A stretch of 64,000 nt of DNA from Spirochaetota bacterium (GTDB taxonomy: Bacteria; Spirochaetota; UBA4802; UBA5550). The translations under genes and the position numbers were made by a program. Shown one piece after another: positions 10,216-20,483 of this stretch (its first letter is position 1; each line of letters begins with the position of its first letter). Location of the stretch: the NCBI GenBank assembly GCA_040768125.1, contig JAXGNG010000001.1, positions 1,351,318-1,415,317 on the forward strand, read 5' to 3'. The notes under the pieces were generated by a model. That model had not been told where the DNA came from, did not search any database, and worked only from the letters and a program-made list of their open reading frames with translations.

Positions 10216-11315
10216 TGCGGACCGTGGGGGTCCTCTTCGGGGGGAGGTCGGGGGAGCATGACGTGTCACTCTGCTCCGCCGCGTCGGTCGTGTCGGCCCT
10301 TGATCCTGAGAAGTATCGCGTCGTGGCGATCGGAATCGACCGTTACGGGAAATGGTACGTCCAAAAAAGCCCCGAGATAGTCGAGCATCCTGACTTCGGT
10401 CGGATCCTGAAAATGGAAAAGTCCGGCGCCTGGTACGTCAATCATTATGATGAGGAAAACCGCCTCGTCCTGCGCAACGCCCATGACGGCGCCCGGGTCG
10501 CCGTCGACGTGGTGTTTCCCGCGGTGCATGGGACCTACTGCGAGGACGGCACCCTCCAGGGGCTCCTGGAACTGGCTATGGTGCCTTACGTCGGCGCCGA
10601 TACCGTCGGTTCTTCCATCGGCATTGACAAGGACGTGGCGAAGCGCCTGCTTCGTGACGGGGGAATTCCCGTGGTCCCCTGGGCAACCGTCACGGCCGAC
10701 GAGTGGAGGGCCAATCCCGCTGCCATTCTCGAAAGAATACGGAGGGACCTTCCGTTCCCGCTTTTTATCAAGCCGGCCAGGACCGGTTCTTCCGTGGGAG
10801 TCATCAAGGCCCGTGATTACGGCTCGCTTCCCGGAGGGATCGACGAGGCATTCCGCTATGACGCGAAGATCCTTGTCGAGAAGGGGATCGACGCGAGGGA
10901 GATTGAATGCGCGGTTATCGGGAATGCCGATCCCGAGGCATCGGTCCTCGGCGAGGTGGTGCCGCGCCATGAATTCTATTCATACGAATCGAAGTATATC
11001 GATCCCGACGGCGCCGAGCTGCTGATTCCCGCGCCCCTTGACGGAGCCGTCGCTGAGGGCATCCGCGACGCCGCGGTAAAAGGGTACCGTCTGCTCTGCT
11101 GCAGCGGAATGGCCCGGGTCGATTTTTTTCTCGACAGGCGGGGCGGAGAATTCTACCTCAACGAGGTGAACACCCTGCCAGGGTTCACCGGGATCAGCAT
11201 GTATCCCCGCCTCTGGGAGCATTCCGGTCTTTCCTATCCTGCCCTGATCGATCGCCTCATCGATCTCGCCTTCGAGCGCCATCGCGCACGCGCGGCGGTT
11301 CGAACGGACCGGTGA
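10215..11315 (+). CDS. ddl: D-alanine--D-alanine ligase
   Basis: MRTVGVLFGGRSGEHDVSLCSAASVVSAL... ATP-grasp fold; ATGA stop/start overlap with lysC. Confidence 0.88.
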   Translation: MRTVGVLFGGRSGEHDVSLCSAASVVSALDPEKYRVVAIGIDRYGKWYVQKSPEIVEHPDFGRILKMEKSGAWYVNHYDEENRLVLRNAHDGARVAVDVVFPAVHGTYCEDGTLQGLLELAMVPYVGADTVGSSIGIDKDVAKRLLRDGGIPVVPWATVTADEWRANPAAILERIRRDLPFPLFIKPARTGSSVGVIKARDYGSLPGGIDEAFRYDAKILVEKGIDAREIECAVIGNADPEASVLGEVVPRHEFYSYESKYIDPDGAELLIPAPLDGAVAEGIRDAAVKGYRLLCCSGMARVDFFLDRRGGEFYLNEVNTLPGFTGISMYPRLWEHSGLSYPALIDRLIDLAFERHRARAAVRTDR

Positions 11316-11621
11316 CACGTCGTTTTATTCCATCGGGTGACACGCGTTGGCGCAGCCGGCCGCATTCAAACAGGGCATGCGGCGCATGGAGTTTTTTAAT
11401 TGACACGCCTTCTTTTCCGGTCATGGTGGAGGGGGTGGGGCTTTCAACATAATCATCAAGCGGGTGCGGGTATGGGCATGAAGGGATCGGAAAAGCGAAT
11501 CATGAGGCGGGCGGAGAAGGAGCGTTCTCGCAGCGAGAAGGTGGGGCGCCCCGGGAGGTCGGGAAAGACGAGGCGCGCAATAGGGAGTTTCATCGTCGAG
11601 AAGCGATCGATCGTCCCCAAC

Positions 11622-12353
11622 ATGATCACCATGTCAAACATGACCATGGGGTTCTTCGCCATCATACTCGCGAGTAAGGGGGACCACCGGTCCCTCGCAA
11701 TGGCGGGGATACTGGTATGCGTGGGCACGTTTTTTGACGCTATCGACGGCGCCGTCGCCCGCGCCATGCACGTGGCCAGTCCCGTGGGGGTGCAGCTTGA
11801 TTCACTCGCCGATGGCATCGCCTACGGCATCGCCCCGGCGGTAATCGCCTACCAGGCCTACCTTTCCGAGCTTCCGAAGAGCGGCTTTTTCGTGGATACC
11901 GGCATGCTGATCGCCCTGATCTATCCGATCTGCGCCATATACCGCCTCGCGCGTTTCAATATCGGCGCTCTTGAAGAGGAGCAGAAGGGATTCACCGGAC
12001 TTCCCTCGCCGGCCGCGGGGATACTGATCGCGGTTATTCCCGCCCTGGAAATTCCCGACTTCATGTTCCTGATCAAATTCACGGTGAGGTTTCCCCTCTG
12101 GGTATTCGTGCCCGTCTATGTTGTCGCGGGCCTTCTTATGGTTTCGCGGATAGACTACGGCAAGACCTTTGCCACCATTTTCCGAAAGGGTCGCGTCGCG
12201 CTGGTCCTGACCATCATAGCGATGATCCTTCTGCTCAGCCTATTCAGCATGTGGTGCATTTTCGGCGTGATCGCGGGCTATATCCTGATAGGGATCATCC
12301 AGTACACGGTCAAACTTTTCAAAAGGCGTCCGGCGTCACCCGCAACGAAGTAA
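11622..12353 (+). CDS. pssA: CDP-diacylglycerol--serine O-phosphatidyltransferase (CDP-alcohol phosphatidyltransferase family)
   Basis: FDAIDGAVARAMHVASPVGVQLDSLADGIAYGIAPA = D-G-x2-A-R...G-x3-D-x3-D motif. Track ORF runs from 11400 with a basic K/R-rich N-extension; conserved start is taken at MITMSNMTMGFFAIIL (11622), but an earlier start is possible. Confidence 0.7.
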   Translation: MITMSNMTMGFFAIILASKGDHRSLAMAGILVCVGTFFDAIDGAVARAMHVASPVGVQLDSLADGIAYGIAPAVIAYQAYLSELPKSGFFVDTGMLIALIYPICAIYRLARFNIGALEEEQKGFTGLPSPAAGILIAVIPALEIPDFMFLIKFTVRFPLWVFVPVYVVAGLLMVSRIDYGKTFATIFRKGRVALVLTIIAMILLLSLFSMWCIFGVIAGYILIGIIQYTVKLFKRRPASPATK

Positions 12354-12361
12354 AGGACACA

Positions 12362-13543
12362 GTGAAATCAGGTGATATACTCATTATAGGGGCGTCAGCC
12401 GCAGGGGTCTCGGCGGCCAGGGAGATCAGGGCGGTCGATCCAACCGTTCCCGTGAGACTTTTTTCTGAGGAGCCGGTATTTCCCTATTACCGTCCCTTCC
12501 TGACGGAGGCGATCGGCGACGAGGCAGTGGAGGAACGATCCGGGTTCTTTCTCAACGCGGAAGGGTGGTATGAGAAGAACGGCATCGAAGTGAGGCGCGG
12601 TGAGAAGGTGGCCCATATCGATACCGGGGCACGGGAAATCGTAACGGCCCGGGGCGACCGGCATTCCTACGGCAGGTGCATCATCGCCACGGGCAGCCAT
12701 CCCTTCGTTCCGTTCCCGAACGCGTGTGAGCGGGAAAACGTCTTCGCGGTGAGAACGCTGCGGGACGCAGCGGACGTGAGGGAGTGCGCGAAGCGGTCGT
12801 CCAGCGCGATCGTTGTCGGTGGAGGACTCCTGGGGCTTGAGGCGGCGCACTTCCTTTCGGCGCGGGGACTCAGGGTGACCGTTCTCGAGGCGAGTGACAG
12901 GATCCTCCCGCGGCAGCTCGACGAGGAATGCGCTGAGATCGCCTGCCGCATCATCGAAAAAAACAGCGTTGAGCTTATCCTGGGCGTTACGGCCGATTCC
13001 ATACTGGGGGAGGGCAGGGCGACGGGCCTGAAACTCTCAACGGGGGCCGAGCTATCGGCCGACATGATCGTTTTTTCGATCGGCGTGAGACCCTCAGTTG
13101 AGCTCGCGCGGGAATGCGGCATCCGCGTTGACCGCGCAATCGTCGTCAATGAAATGATGGAGACCTCTGAACCGGGGATATACGCCTGCGGTGATGCCGC
13201 GGAATTCATGGGTAAGACCATGGCCCTCTGGATGCCGGCGGTGAAGCAGGGAAAAATCGCGGGATCCAACGCAGCGGGACGCGCCGCCAGGTTCGAGGAC
13301 GAGGTGTACCCCGCGGTCCTGAATCTTTTCGGCACGAGGCTTTTCTCGGCCGGCTCCCTCTGCCAGGACATGTCCGATGGGGAATACCGGCCCTGTATGG
13401 ATAAGGACGAGGAGAAGGGTCATTACCGGAAGACCTTTTACATTGATGACAGGCTGGCGGGTTTCATCCTGATCGGGAACGTGAGCGAATCGAAAAGGCT
13501 CCTTGATGAGTTCAGGAATGGCGCCCCGCCTGGGCCCAGGTGA
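12362..13543 (+). CDS. FAD/NAD(P)-dependent pyridine nucleotide-disulfide oxidoreductase (NADH oxidase/CoA-disulfide reductase-like)
   Basis: GTG start after AAGGA RBS right after the pssA stop; ILIIGASAAGVSAA and VVGGGLLGLEAA Rossmann motifs. Track ORF 12251..13543 has a spurious N-extension overlapping pssA. Confidence 0.7.
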   Translation: MKSGDILIIGASAAGVSAAREIRAVDPTVPVRLFSEEPVFPYYRPFLTEAIGDEAVEERSGFFLNAEGWYEKNGIEVRRGEKVAHIDTGAREIVTARGDRHSYGRCIIATGSHPFVPFPNACERENVFAVRTLRDAADVRECAKRSSSAIVVGGGLLGLEAAHFLSARGLRVTVLEASDRILPRQLDEECAEIACRIIEKNSVELILGVTADSILGEGRATGLKLSTGAELSADMIVFSIGVRPSVELARECGIRVDRAIVVNEMMETSEPGIYACGDAAEFMGKTMALWMPAVKQGKIAGSNAAGRAARFEDEVYPAVLNLFGTRLFSAGSLCQDMSDGEYRPCMDKDEEKGHYRKTFYIDDRLAGFILIGNVSESKRLLDEFRNGAPPGPR

Positions 13544-13550
13544 GGCTGGT

Positions 13551-14039
13551 ATGGCTGATTTTTCACACTATTCAGATGAGGGCGCCCCGGTAATGGTGGA
13601 CATATCGTCAAAAAAGACCACCATGCGATCGGCCAGGGCGACGGGATTCGTGCGAGTAGGCGCGTCGACCCTGGAGTTGATCGAGAAGCGCCTTCTGCCG
13701 AAGGGGGACCTCTTTCAGATCGCCAAAGTCGCCGGTATCATGGCGGCGAAACGGAACGCGGAACTTATCCCGATGTGCCATCCCCTTCCCCTGAGCTTTG
13801 TCGATGTCATGATCGACCTTGATCATGCAAATACGGGCGTGCGCATCAGTTCCGAGGTCCGCCTGGAGGGGAAGACCGGCGCTGAAATGGAGGCATTGAT
13901 GGCGGTTTCCGTGGCAGCCCTCACCGTGTATGACATGTGCAAGGCCGTGGATAAAACCATGGTTATCGGTGATATTACCCTGGTAGAAAAAAGGGGCGGA
14001 AAATCCGACATGACGGATGGAAGAATTTCAGGGAAATAA
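13551..14039 (+). CDS. moaC: Cyclic pyranopterin monophosphate synthase MoaC
   Basis: MVDISSKKTTMRSARATGFV...ELIPMCHPLPLSFVDV conserved MoaC motifs; start trimmed to MADFSHY at 13551. Confidence 0.85.
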   Translation: MADFSHYSDEGAPVMVDISSKKTTMRSARATGFVRVGASTLELIEKRLLPKGDLFQIAKVAGIMAAKRNAELIPMCHPLPLSFVDVMIDLDHANTGVRISSEVRLEGKTGAEMEALMAVSVAALTVYDMCKAVDKTMVIGDITLVEKRGGKSDMTDGRISGK

Positions 14040-14132
14040 CCAAGGAAATTTGCGTGAAGGTAAAAAATCATAAAAAACAGCCGTATTTTTTTATAATTCC
14101 TTATAATTAGCTGTAAATATTGAAAATTAGAC

Positions 14133-14161
14133 TTGCTAAAAAAGGGATATGTTTATATTAA
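14133..14161 (+). promoter_or_regulatory. Candidate sigma70 promoter of groESL (TTGCTA-N17-TATTAA)
   Basis: -35/-10-like hexamers with 17-nt spacer, 8 nt upstream of the CIRCE operator, in an AT-rich intergenic island. Confidence 0.4.
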
Positions 14162-14168
14162 TGAATTG

Positions 14169-14194
14169 TTAGCACTCAATTTAATGAGTGCTAA
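14169..14194 (+). promoter_or_regulatory. CIRCE-type HrcA operator (TTAGCACTC-N8-GAGTGCTAA)
   Basis: Near-perfect match to the CIRCE inverted repeat directly upstream of groES; a larger dyad AATTGTTAGCACTCA/TGAGTGCTAACAATT is visible. Confidence 0.78.
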
Positions 14195-14219
14195 CAATTT
14201 TCTTAAATTTTTCTTGTTC

Positions 14220-14255
14220 AAAATAAATATATATATTTCTATATATATTTATTTT
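14220..14255 (+). repeat. Perfect 16-bp-arm all-A/T inverted repeat (AAAATAAATATATATA-tttc-TATATATATTTATTTT) between CIRCE and the groES RBS
   Basis: Seen directly; reverse complement of the right arm equals the left arm. Confidence 0.6.
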
Positions 14256-14323
14256 AATAATAACCCAGCAATTTCTTCTACCAATAGAGGAAACCAATTC
14301 ATTTTTTTTTAAGGAGGATGGAA

Positions 14324-14608
14324 GTGGCTCTAAAACCTATAGGCGATCGTGTCGTCGTTGAGTTGCTTGATCAGGAAGAGGAGAAAGTCGGATCTATCTA
14401 CGTGCCTGATACCGCGAAAGAAAAACCCCAGCAGGGTAAGGTTGTGGCGGTTGGCCAGGGCAAACGTGACGGCAAGGACCTTGTGCCGATGACGGTCAAG
14501 GCGGGAGATACGGTAATTTTCAGCAAGTACGGCGGGATGGAAGTCAAGCATGGCGGAAAAGATCTTCTCATCCTTTCCGAAGGAGACATACTGGCGATTA
14601 TCGAGTAG
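14324..14608 (+). CDS. groES: Co-chaperonin GroES
   Basis: (M)[12 protein letters not shown]...GKVVAVG... canonical GroES; a GTG start at 14324 gives proper spacing from the AAGGAGG RBS (track ORF uses ATG 14318, abutting the RBS). Confidence 0.9.
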   Translation: MALKPIGDRVVVELLDQEEEKVGSIYVPDTAKEKPQQGKVVAVGQGKRDGKDLVPMTVKAGDTVIFSKYGGMEVKHGGKDLLILSEGDILAIIE

Positions 14609-14760
14609 ATGCGGGAAGGGCCATGGCAGCCGGTCACGCCGCTACCCGGCATGCCGGTTCGGGCCGCGGGGGAAACGCGGAACACCGGCACCTGGTCGCC
14701 TTCCCTTCACCTGAACTGCGGATAATCATTTTTCACAACGACAACCAAATATTCTGATGA

Positions 14761-16407
<1,647 letters not shown>

Positions 16408-16439
16408 CGCGCGAAAGCTCAATAATTCGGCAAAAGGAA

Positions 16440-16471
16440 AGGGTCGGGATAGTATCCCGGCCCTTTTTTTA
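16440..16471 (+). terminator. Rho-independent terminator after groEL
   Basis: GGGUCGGGAUA-gu-AUCCCGGCCC hairpin followed by TTTTTTTAT. Confidence 0.65.
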
Positions 16472-16604
16472 TTCCACCTGGTGCCGGTGAGGGTAAAAAA
16501 AGAATATATTCAGCTTGCCGCCCCGTTGTCCGATGATTGAACGGGGGAGGCGCCGCGTGAGGCACGGAATCCGACGCCCGTTTCCCCGGTGAGACCGACG
16601 GGAT

Positions 16605-17501
16605 GTGCGGTGGTACATGGACAACAGCGCGACAGTGACATTGCCGAACAGGTTCCGGGATCCCTACGATTTCGAGTATGTCATAGATCTCCGCGAGGCG
16701 ATCATGGGCGGCGCGCGGAGCCTGGACCTGTCCCGTATCTCCTTCATCGAGCCCTATTCAATGCTTTCGCTCCTCCTGATGGGGAGGGAGTACCTGAGAA
16801 AAACGGGCACCAAGCTTCACCTCGTGGGGATTCCACTCTCCATACACCAGTATCTTCACCGCATGGATTTTTTCAAGGCGGGTATCTTTGACGTGGCCGA
16901 CAGGCTGGACGACAAGCTTCTCCTCAAGCGCAGTTCATTCAGCCGACGGGTCATCGAGATCACCGAGATACCCAACAAGGAGAGGGAGAGCGTCCGCGTC
17001 ATATCCTCCATCGTGGGGGTCTTCAGGAAGCGCGCGGCGCACATCCTCAAACACTGGCTCACGGACAGGGTGGTTGACTATTTCGTCACCGTTATTTCAG
17101 AAATATGCCAGAACGTCTTCGAGCACAGCCTCGACTCCGGTTACCTCGCTATGCAGACCTACACGGCGGGCAAGGAGCAGGTAGTGAGGCTCTGCATAAG
17201 CGATTCGGGGATAGGCATCGAAAAAAGTTTCGAGAACAGCGGCGTGCGGTATGATTCACCGGCAAACCTTATAGAGCTCGCGCTCACGACTCCCATTTCC
17301 AGCAAGAGGGAGTTCGGGTACGGTCTGAGCCAGGTACACGCGATCGTGGAAAGGCTGAAGGGAAGCATCTACTTTCGTTCCGGCGCGGCGTCGGTTTCGA
17401 CGCTGTACCACAGGAAGAACCCGGGTTCGTCGTACCTCTTCCTCAAGAACGACCTGAGCGCATTCTGCGGGACCCAGATATCGATTTCACTGATGGGATA
17501 G
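16605..17501 (+). CDS. Fusion protein: N-terminal STAS-like (anti-sigma-antagonist-like) domain + C-terminal GHKL/HATPase_c domain (RsbW/SpoIIAB-like kinase)
   Basis: N-terminus LDLSRISFIEPYSMLSLLLMGREYL..KLHLVGIP resembles SpoIIAA/STAS; C-terminus has N-box EICQNVFEHS, G1 ISDSGIGI and G2 GYGLSQ of HATPase_c. Confidence 0.6.
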   Translation: MRWYMDNSATVTLPNRFRDPYDFEYVIDLREAIMGGARSLDLSRISFIEPYSMLSLLLMGREYLRKTGTKLHLVGIPLSIHQYLHRMDFFKAGIFDVADRLDDKLLLKRSSFSRRVIEITEIPNKERESVRVISSIVGVFRKRAAHILKHWLTDRVVDYFVTVISEICQNVFEHSLDSGYLAMQTYTAGKEQVVRLCISDSGIGIEKSFENSGVRYDSPANLIELALTTPISSKREFGYGLSQVHAIVERLKGSIYFRSGAASVSTLYHRKNPGSSYLFLKNDLSAFCGTQISISLMG

Positions 17502-17512
17502 AACGAAGGGAT

Positions 17513-18064
17513 ATGGTCATCAAGGTAAAAAAGAAAGCCGAGGAGCTGAAGCTGAGGTCTCCGGACCTGATCACGCGGCATATGGGGCGGGCGCTCTACG
17601 GGGCCGTGATGTCCCTCGTGGAAGCCATGGGGGACGACGAGACACTGGTGCTGGACTTCGAGGGGGTCAAGGTCATCGATTCGTCCTTCGTGGACGAGTT
17701 CATCGTGAGGCTGATTCTCGACTCCGTGCGTTCCGAAGGGCCGTTTTACGTGAAGCTGAAGAATCTTTCGGAAATCTCCGAGATGAACATTGACATGGTG
17801 CTTCGCTTTCATTCGAAGTACAAAAACAAAAAAATTGTTGTAATAACCGAAAACATCTGTCAGAATAATGCCTTCTTCATCGGTCCCCTCTCGGACCGTG
17901 AGCGGGAATTCATTGAGTTTATCCGCGTCAACAGGTCGGTCATGACGGGCGATATCGCCAGGTTCACGGGTGGGCAGGGGGAGGACGTGGAAAAGATGAT
18001 GGATGAATGCCATTCCATGAGGATCGTTAAGAAGGACGGTAAGGGCGTTTACAGCGCGGTTTGA
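17513..18064 (+). CDS. DUF4325-type STAS-like domain protein with C-terminal winged-HTH-like region
   Basis: TLVLDFEGVKVIDSSFVDEFIVRLI matches the STAS-like DUF4325 signature (recalled); C-terminal REREFIEFIRVNRSVMTGDIARFTG looks HTH-like; 11 nt after previous gene. Confidence 0.5.
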   Translation: MVIKVKKKAEELKLRSPDLITRHMGRALYGAVMSLVEAMGDDETLVLDFEGVKVIDSSFVDEFIVRLILDSVRSEGPFYVKLKNLSEISEMNIDMVLRFHSKYKNKKIVVITENICQNNAFFIGPLSDREREFIEFIRVNRSVMTGDIARFTGGQGEDVEKMMDECHSMRIVKKDGKGVYSAV

Positions 18065-18576
18065 AGACCGGGAGGACACGTCGGGGTCGCATAACGGATC
18101 GGACGGTTATGAAAGCCGTATCAAAAAAAATCAAAAAAGAGAGGGATGACAGCCTCTACGGCCTCCTCTCGTCATACAAATCCAGTACCACGTACCTCCG
18201 CATCCTCGAATCCGAGGAGGAAGATTCGGTGGTGGTCCAGCTGACGGACAACCCGGGTAATTTTCAGTCGATCCCCCAGGAGCAATTCAGGGGCTACAGG
18301 GCCCTCCGCCGGCTCGAGATGGGTGTGCAGCGCATGTCCCTCAAGTACGTGCTCCCGGAGTATCTCATCGACGTGCTGGGGCCCATGCTCGAGTTCAACA
18401 TCCCCTTCGATAAGGCGGTTATAATCGACGGTATCCAGAAGGACGGGTTATACAGCATAATGACCAAGTTGAAGTACAGGATGAAGGTAATCCAGGGAGC
18501 GAGGAAGATCCTTAACCTGAGCCCCCAGAAACGGTACGAGATCCTGGAAAAATATTTTTCCGCGAACGGGGAATGA
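18061..18576 (+). CDS. Hypothetical protein (171 aa), translationally coupled (ATGA overlap)
   Basis: ORF with coding-like composition, 4-nt overlap with upstream gene; no recognised domain. Confidence 0.5.
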   Translation: MKTGRTRRGRITDRTVMKAVSKKIKKERDDSLYGLLSSYKSSTTYLRILESEEEDSVVVQLTDNPGNFQSIPQEQFRGYRALRRLEMGVQRMSLKYVLPEYLIDVLGPMLEFNIPFDKAVIIDGIQKDGLYSIMTKLKYRMKVIQGARKILNLSPQKRYEILEKYFSANGE

Positions 18577-18582
18577 ACGGCG

Positions 18583-19602
18583 ATGCAGGAATACAATTCA
18601 TTGCAGGAAAAGGCGAAACTGGTGGACATCGCCCTGAAGTACACGAGGGGCGACATCATAAAGGCCAAGGAAATGGCCTCCGGGCAGTACATGGACATCA
18701 TGGCGGTGAAGGGGAAATTTTACGTCGATAAGAAGAACGTCGCCGGGGTGTTCATCGCTTTTTTCAATTTCATACAGGAATACGTCGCCAACGTGGCCTG
18801 CCTCCTTTCATCGGAGCCGGGTCTATTCGAAAAAACGCGCGTTTTCGACGACTGGAAATCGCTCTACCGTGACATCGGTGCCGGCAGGAAGGGACCGGGG
18901 GTCATCGATTCCCAGAATTTCACCTACTATCTCCTCGACTCCTTCGTGAGCTACGATGTCTTTCCCGACGTACAGGAAAAAAACCTCGTTGAACTGACCG
19001 AGGCGGTGAAGGATATCCTCGCAAAATCATTCGGTGCCGGCTCCGTACGGTGCCAGATTGAGCTTGAACCCGCGTCCTCAGTCGCCCTCGATATCGCGGG
19101 TGTGGCCATCGACGTCCCCTCCGGCACTTCAAAGGAGGTCAATGAGGTCGCCAATGAGGATGAGCGCATCACGAAGCTTGAAAGCGAGGCGCGCTACATC
19201 GTCGAGGGGAGCGCGGTCCTCGCGCCGGTGAAGGGAAAGAACATCAGCGATCTGAATCCCGGGGATAAGATACGCGTGATGCTCACAGGGAAGGATGCCG
19301 TGTCCGAAAAGATACTCAGGCTGGTAAATGCCTATGGCCCCGACGGCAGCCGGTCGTCGGTGACGGGAAGGGTCAAGGCGAAGATCCCCTTCGAAAAGGG
19401 CGGGATCATGCTTTATGCCTTTGTCGCAAAGGGGGTCCTGGCGAAGATGTTCGAGGAGGAGAACGTCAGGATCATGCTCGACGTGCCCTCGCAGGAGGCC
19501 CCGGCGGAAAGCCATTTCATGGAGAATCGCGCGACTTATCTCATCGCGCTGGTCCTGGGCCTTGTCGTCCTCGCGGGGCTCATCCTGCTCCAGCTGTTAT
19601 GA
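18583..19602 (+). CDS. Hypothetical protein (339 aa) with C-terminal transmembrane anchor
   Basis: 6 nt after previous gene; N-terminal helical UBA/NAC-like stretch; C-terminal ATYLIALVLGLVVLAGLILLQLL TM helix. Confidence 0.5.
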   Translation: MQEYNSLQEKAKLVDIALKYTRGDIIKAKEMASGQYMDIMAVKGKFYVDKKNVAGVFIAFFNFIQEYVANVACLLSSEPGLFEKTRVFDDWKSLYRDIGAGRKGPGVIDSQNFTYYLLDSFVSYDVFPDVQEKNLVELTEAVKDILAKSFGAGSVRCQIELEPASSVALDIAGVAIDVPSGTSKEVNEVANEDERITKLESEARYIVEGSAVLAPVKGKNISDLNPGDKIRVMLTGKDAVSEKILRLVNAYGPDGSRSSVTGRVKAKIPFEKGGIMLYAFVAKGVLAKMFEEENVRIMLDVPSQEAPAESHFMENRATYLIALVLGLVVLAGLILLQLL

Positions 19603-20468
19603 CCATGCGGTCAACACCGATCCGCATTCTCTTTTTCCTTGCCGCGGTATTTCTTTCAGGACAGATGCCCGACTGGAAGCACTTCAGGGACAGGGAGGGG
19701 AATTCCTATTTCATCGACAGGGCGGGGAGAATCCGGATAACCTCGTCCGATGCTCCCGCCTATCGGCCGGTCTCCTCCCGCGCCATCGACTACCACCTTC
19801 ATTACGGCGAAACCCTCATCAAGGAGCGCCGCTACGCAGAGGCGCTCACGGTGCTCAAGTCAATCTGCGCCCTTCCCGCCGGGAATAACCGGGTCTACGA
19901 GGCCCAGGTGCGGGCGAGGGAGGCACTGGGAGATTTGCGCAGGCGGAACGGCGCGCGTTTTGACCGGATGAACGAATCCGCCTCGCTCCTGCTCTATATG
20001 GACGGATCGGACATTGTCGTTATCAATGATTTCATGCGTTACTCCTTTCGGGGGCCCCCGGGCATGCGCGTCATCAGGAGGAGGGAACGGGGCGGCAGGG
20101 ATTATCGCTATTCAGGCACGCTTCTGGGGATAACCCGCGGCGCGGATAAGGAGGACTACTATGCCTACCTCGTGGCCGTGGACAGCGAGATAATCGGGAA
20201 CCCCTTCAGGGATGTCGAGCAGGCCCGGGAAAAATGGCGGGGATATCTCGGTTTCGACACGCTCGCGCGCGAACTCGTGCTGCGCGGGGAAGACCGGATT
20301 GTCCATCGGTTCAGGAGCGGGTCCCCGCCGGTGTACGCGGGCTATGAGGCTGTTTTTCTTAACGGGAAAATCACGCACTGTGTCCGCGTCATCGCCTCGG
20401 AGGCCGGTTTCACGGCAGACGGCGAGGCGATGAAACGGATCGTCGAGGGATTTTCCCTCGTGCGATGA
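19599..20468 (+). CDS. Hypothetical secreted protein (289 aa), ATGA-coupled to upstream gene
   Basis: N-terminal signal peptide RILFFLAAVFLSGQ; TPR-like helical segment; no assignable family. Confidence 0.5.
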   Translation: MTMRSTPIRILFFLAAVFLSGQMPDWKHFRDREGNSYFIDRAGRIRITSSDAPAYRPVSSRAIDYHLHYGETLIKERRYAEALTVLKSICALPAGNNRVYEAQVRAREALGDLRRRNGARFDRMNESASLLLYMDGSDIVVINDFMRYSFRGPPGMRVIRRRERGGRDYRYSGTLLGITRGADKEDYYAYLVAVDSEIIGNPFRDVEQAREKWRGYLGFDTLARELVLRGEDRIVHRFRSGSPPVYAGYEAVFLNGKITHCVRVIASEAGFTADGEAMKRIVEGFSLVR

Positions 20469-20483
20469 GCGGGCAGGCGGAAC

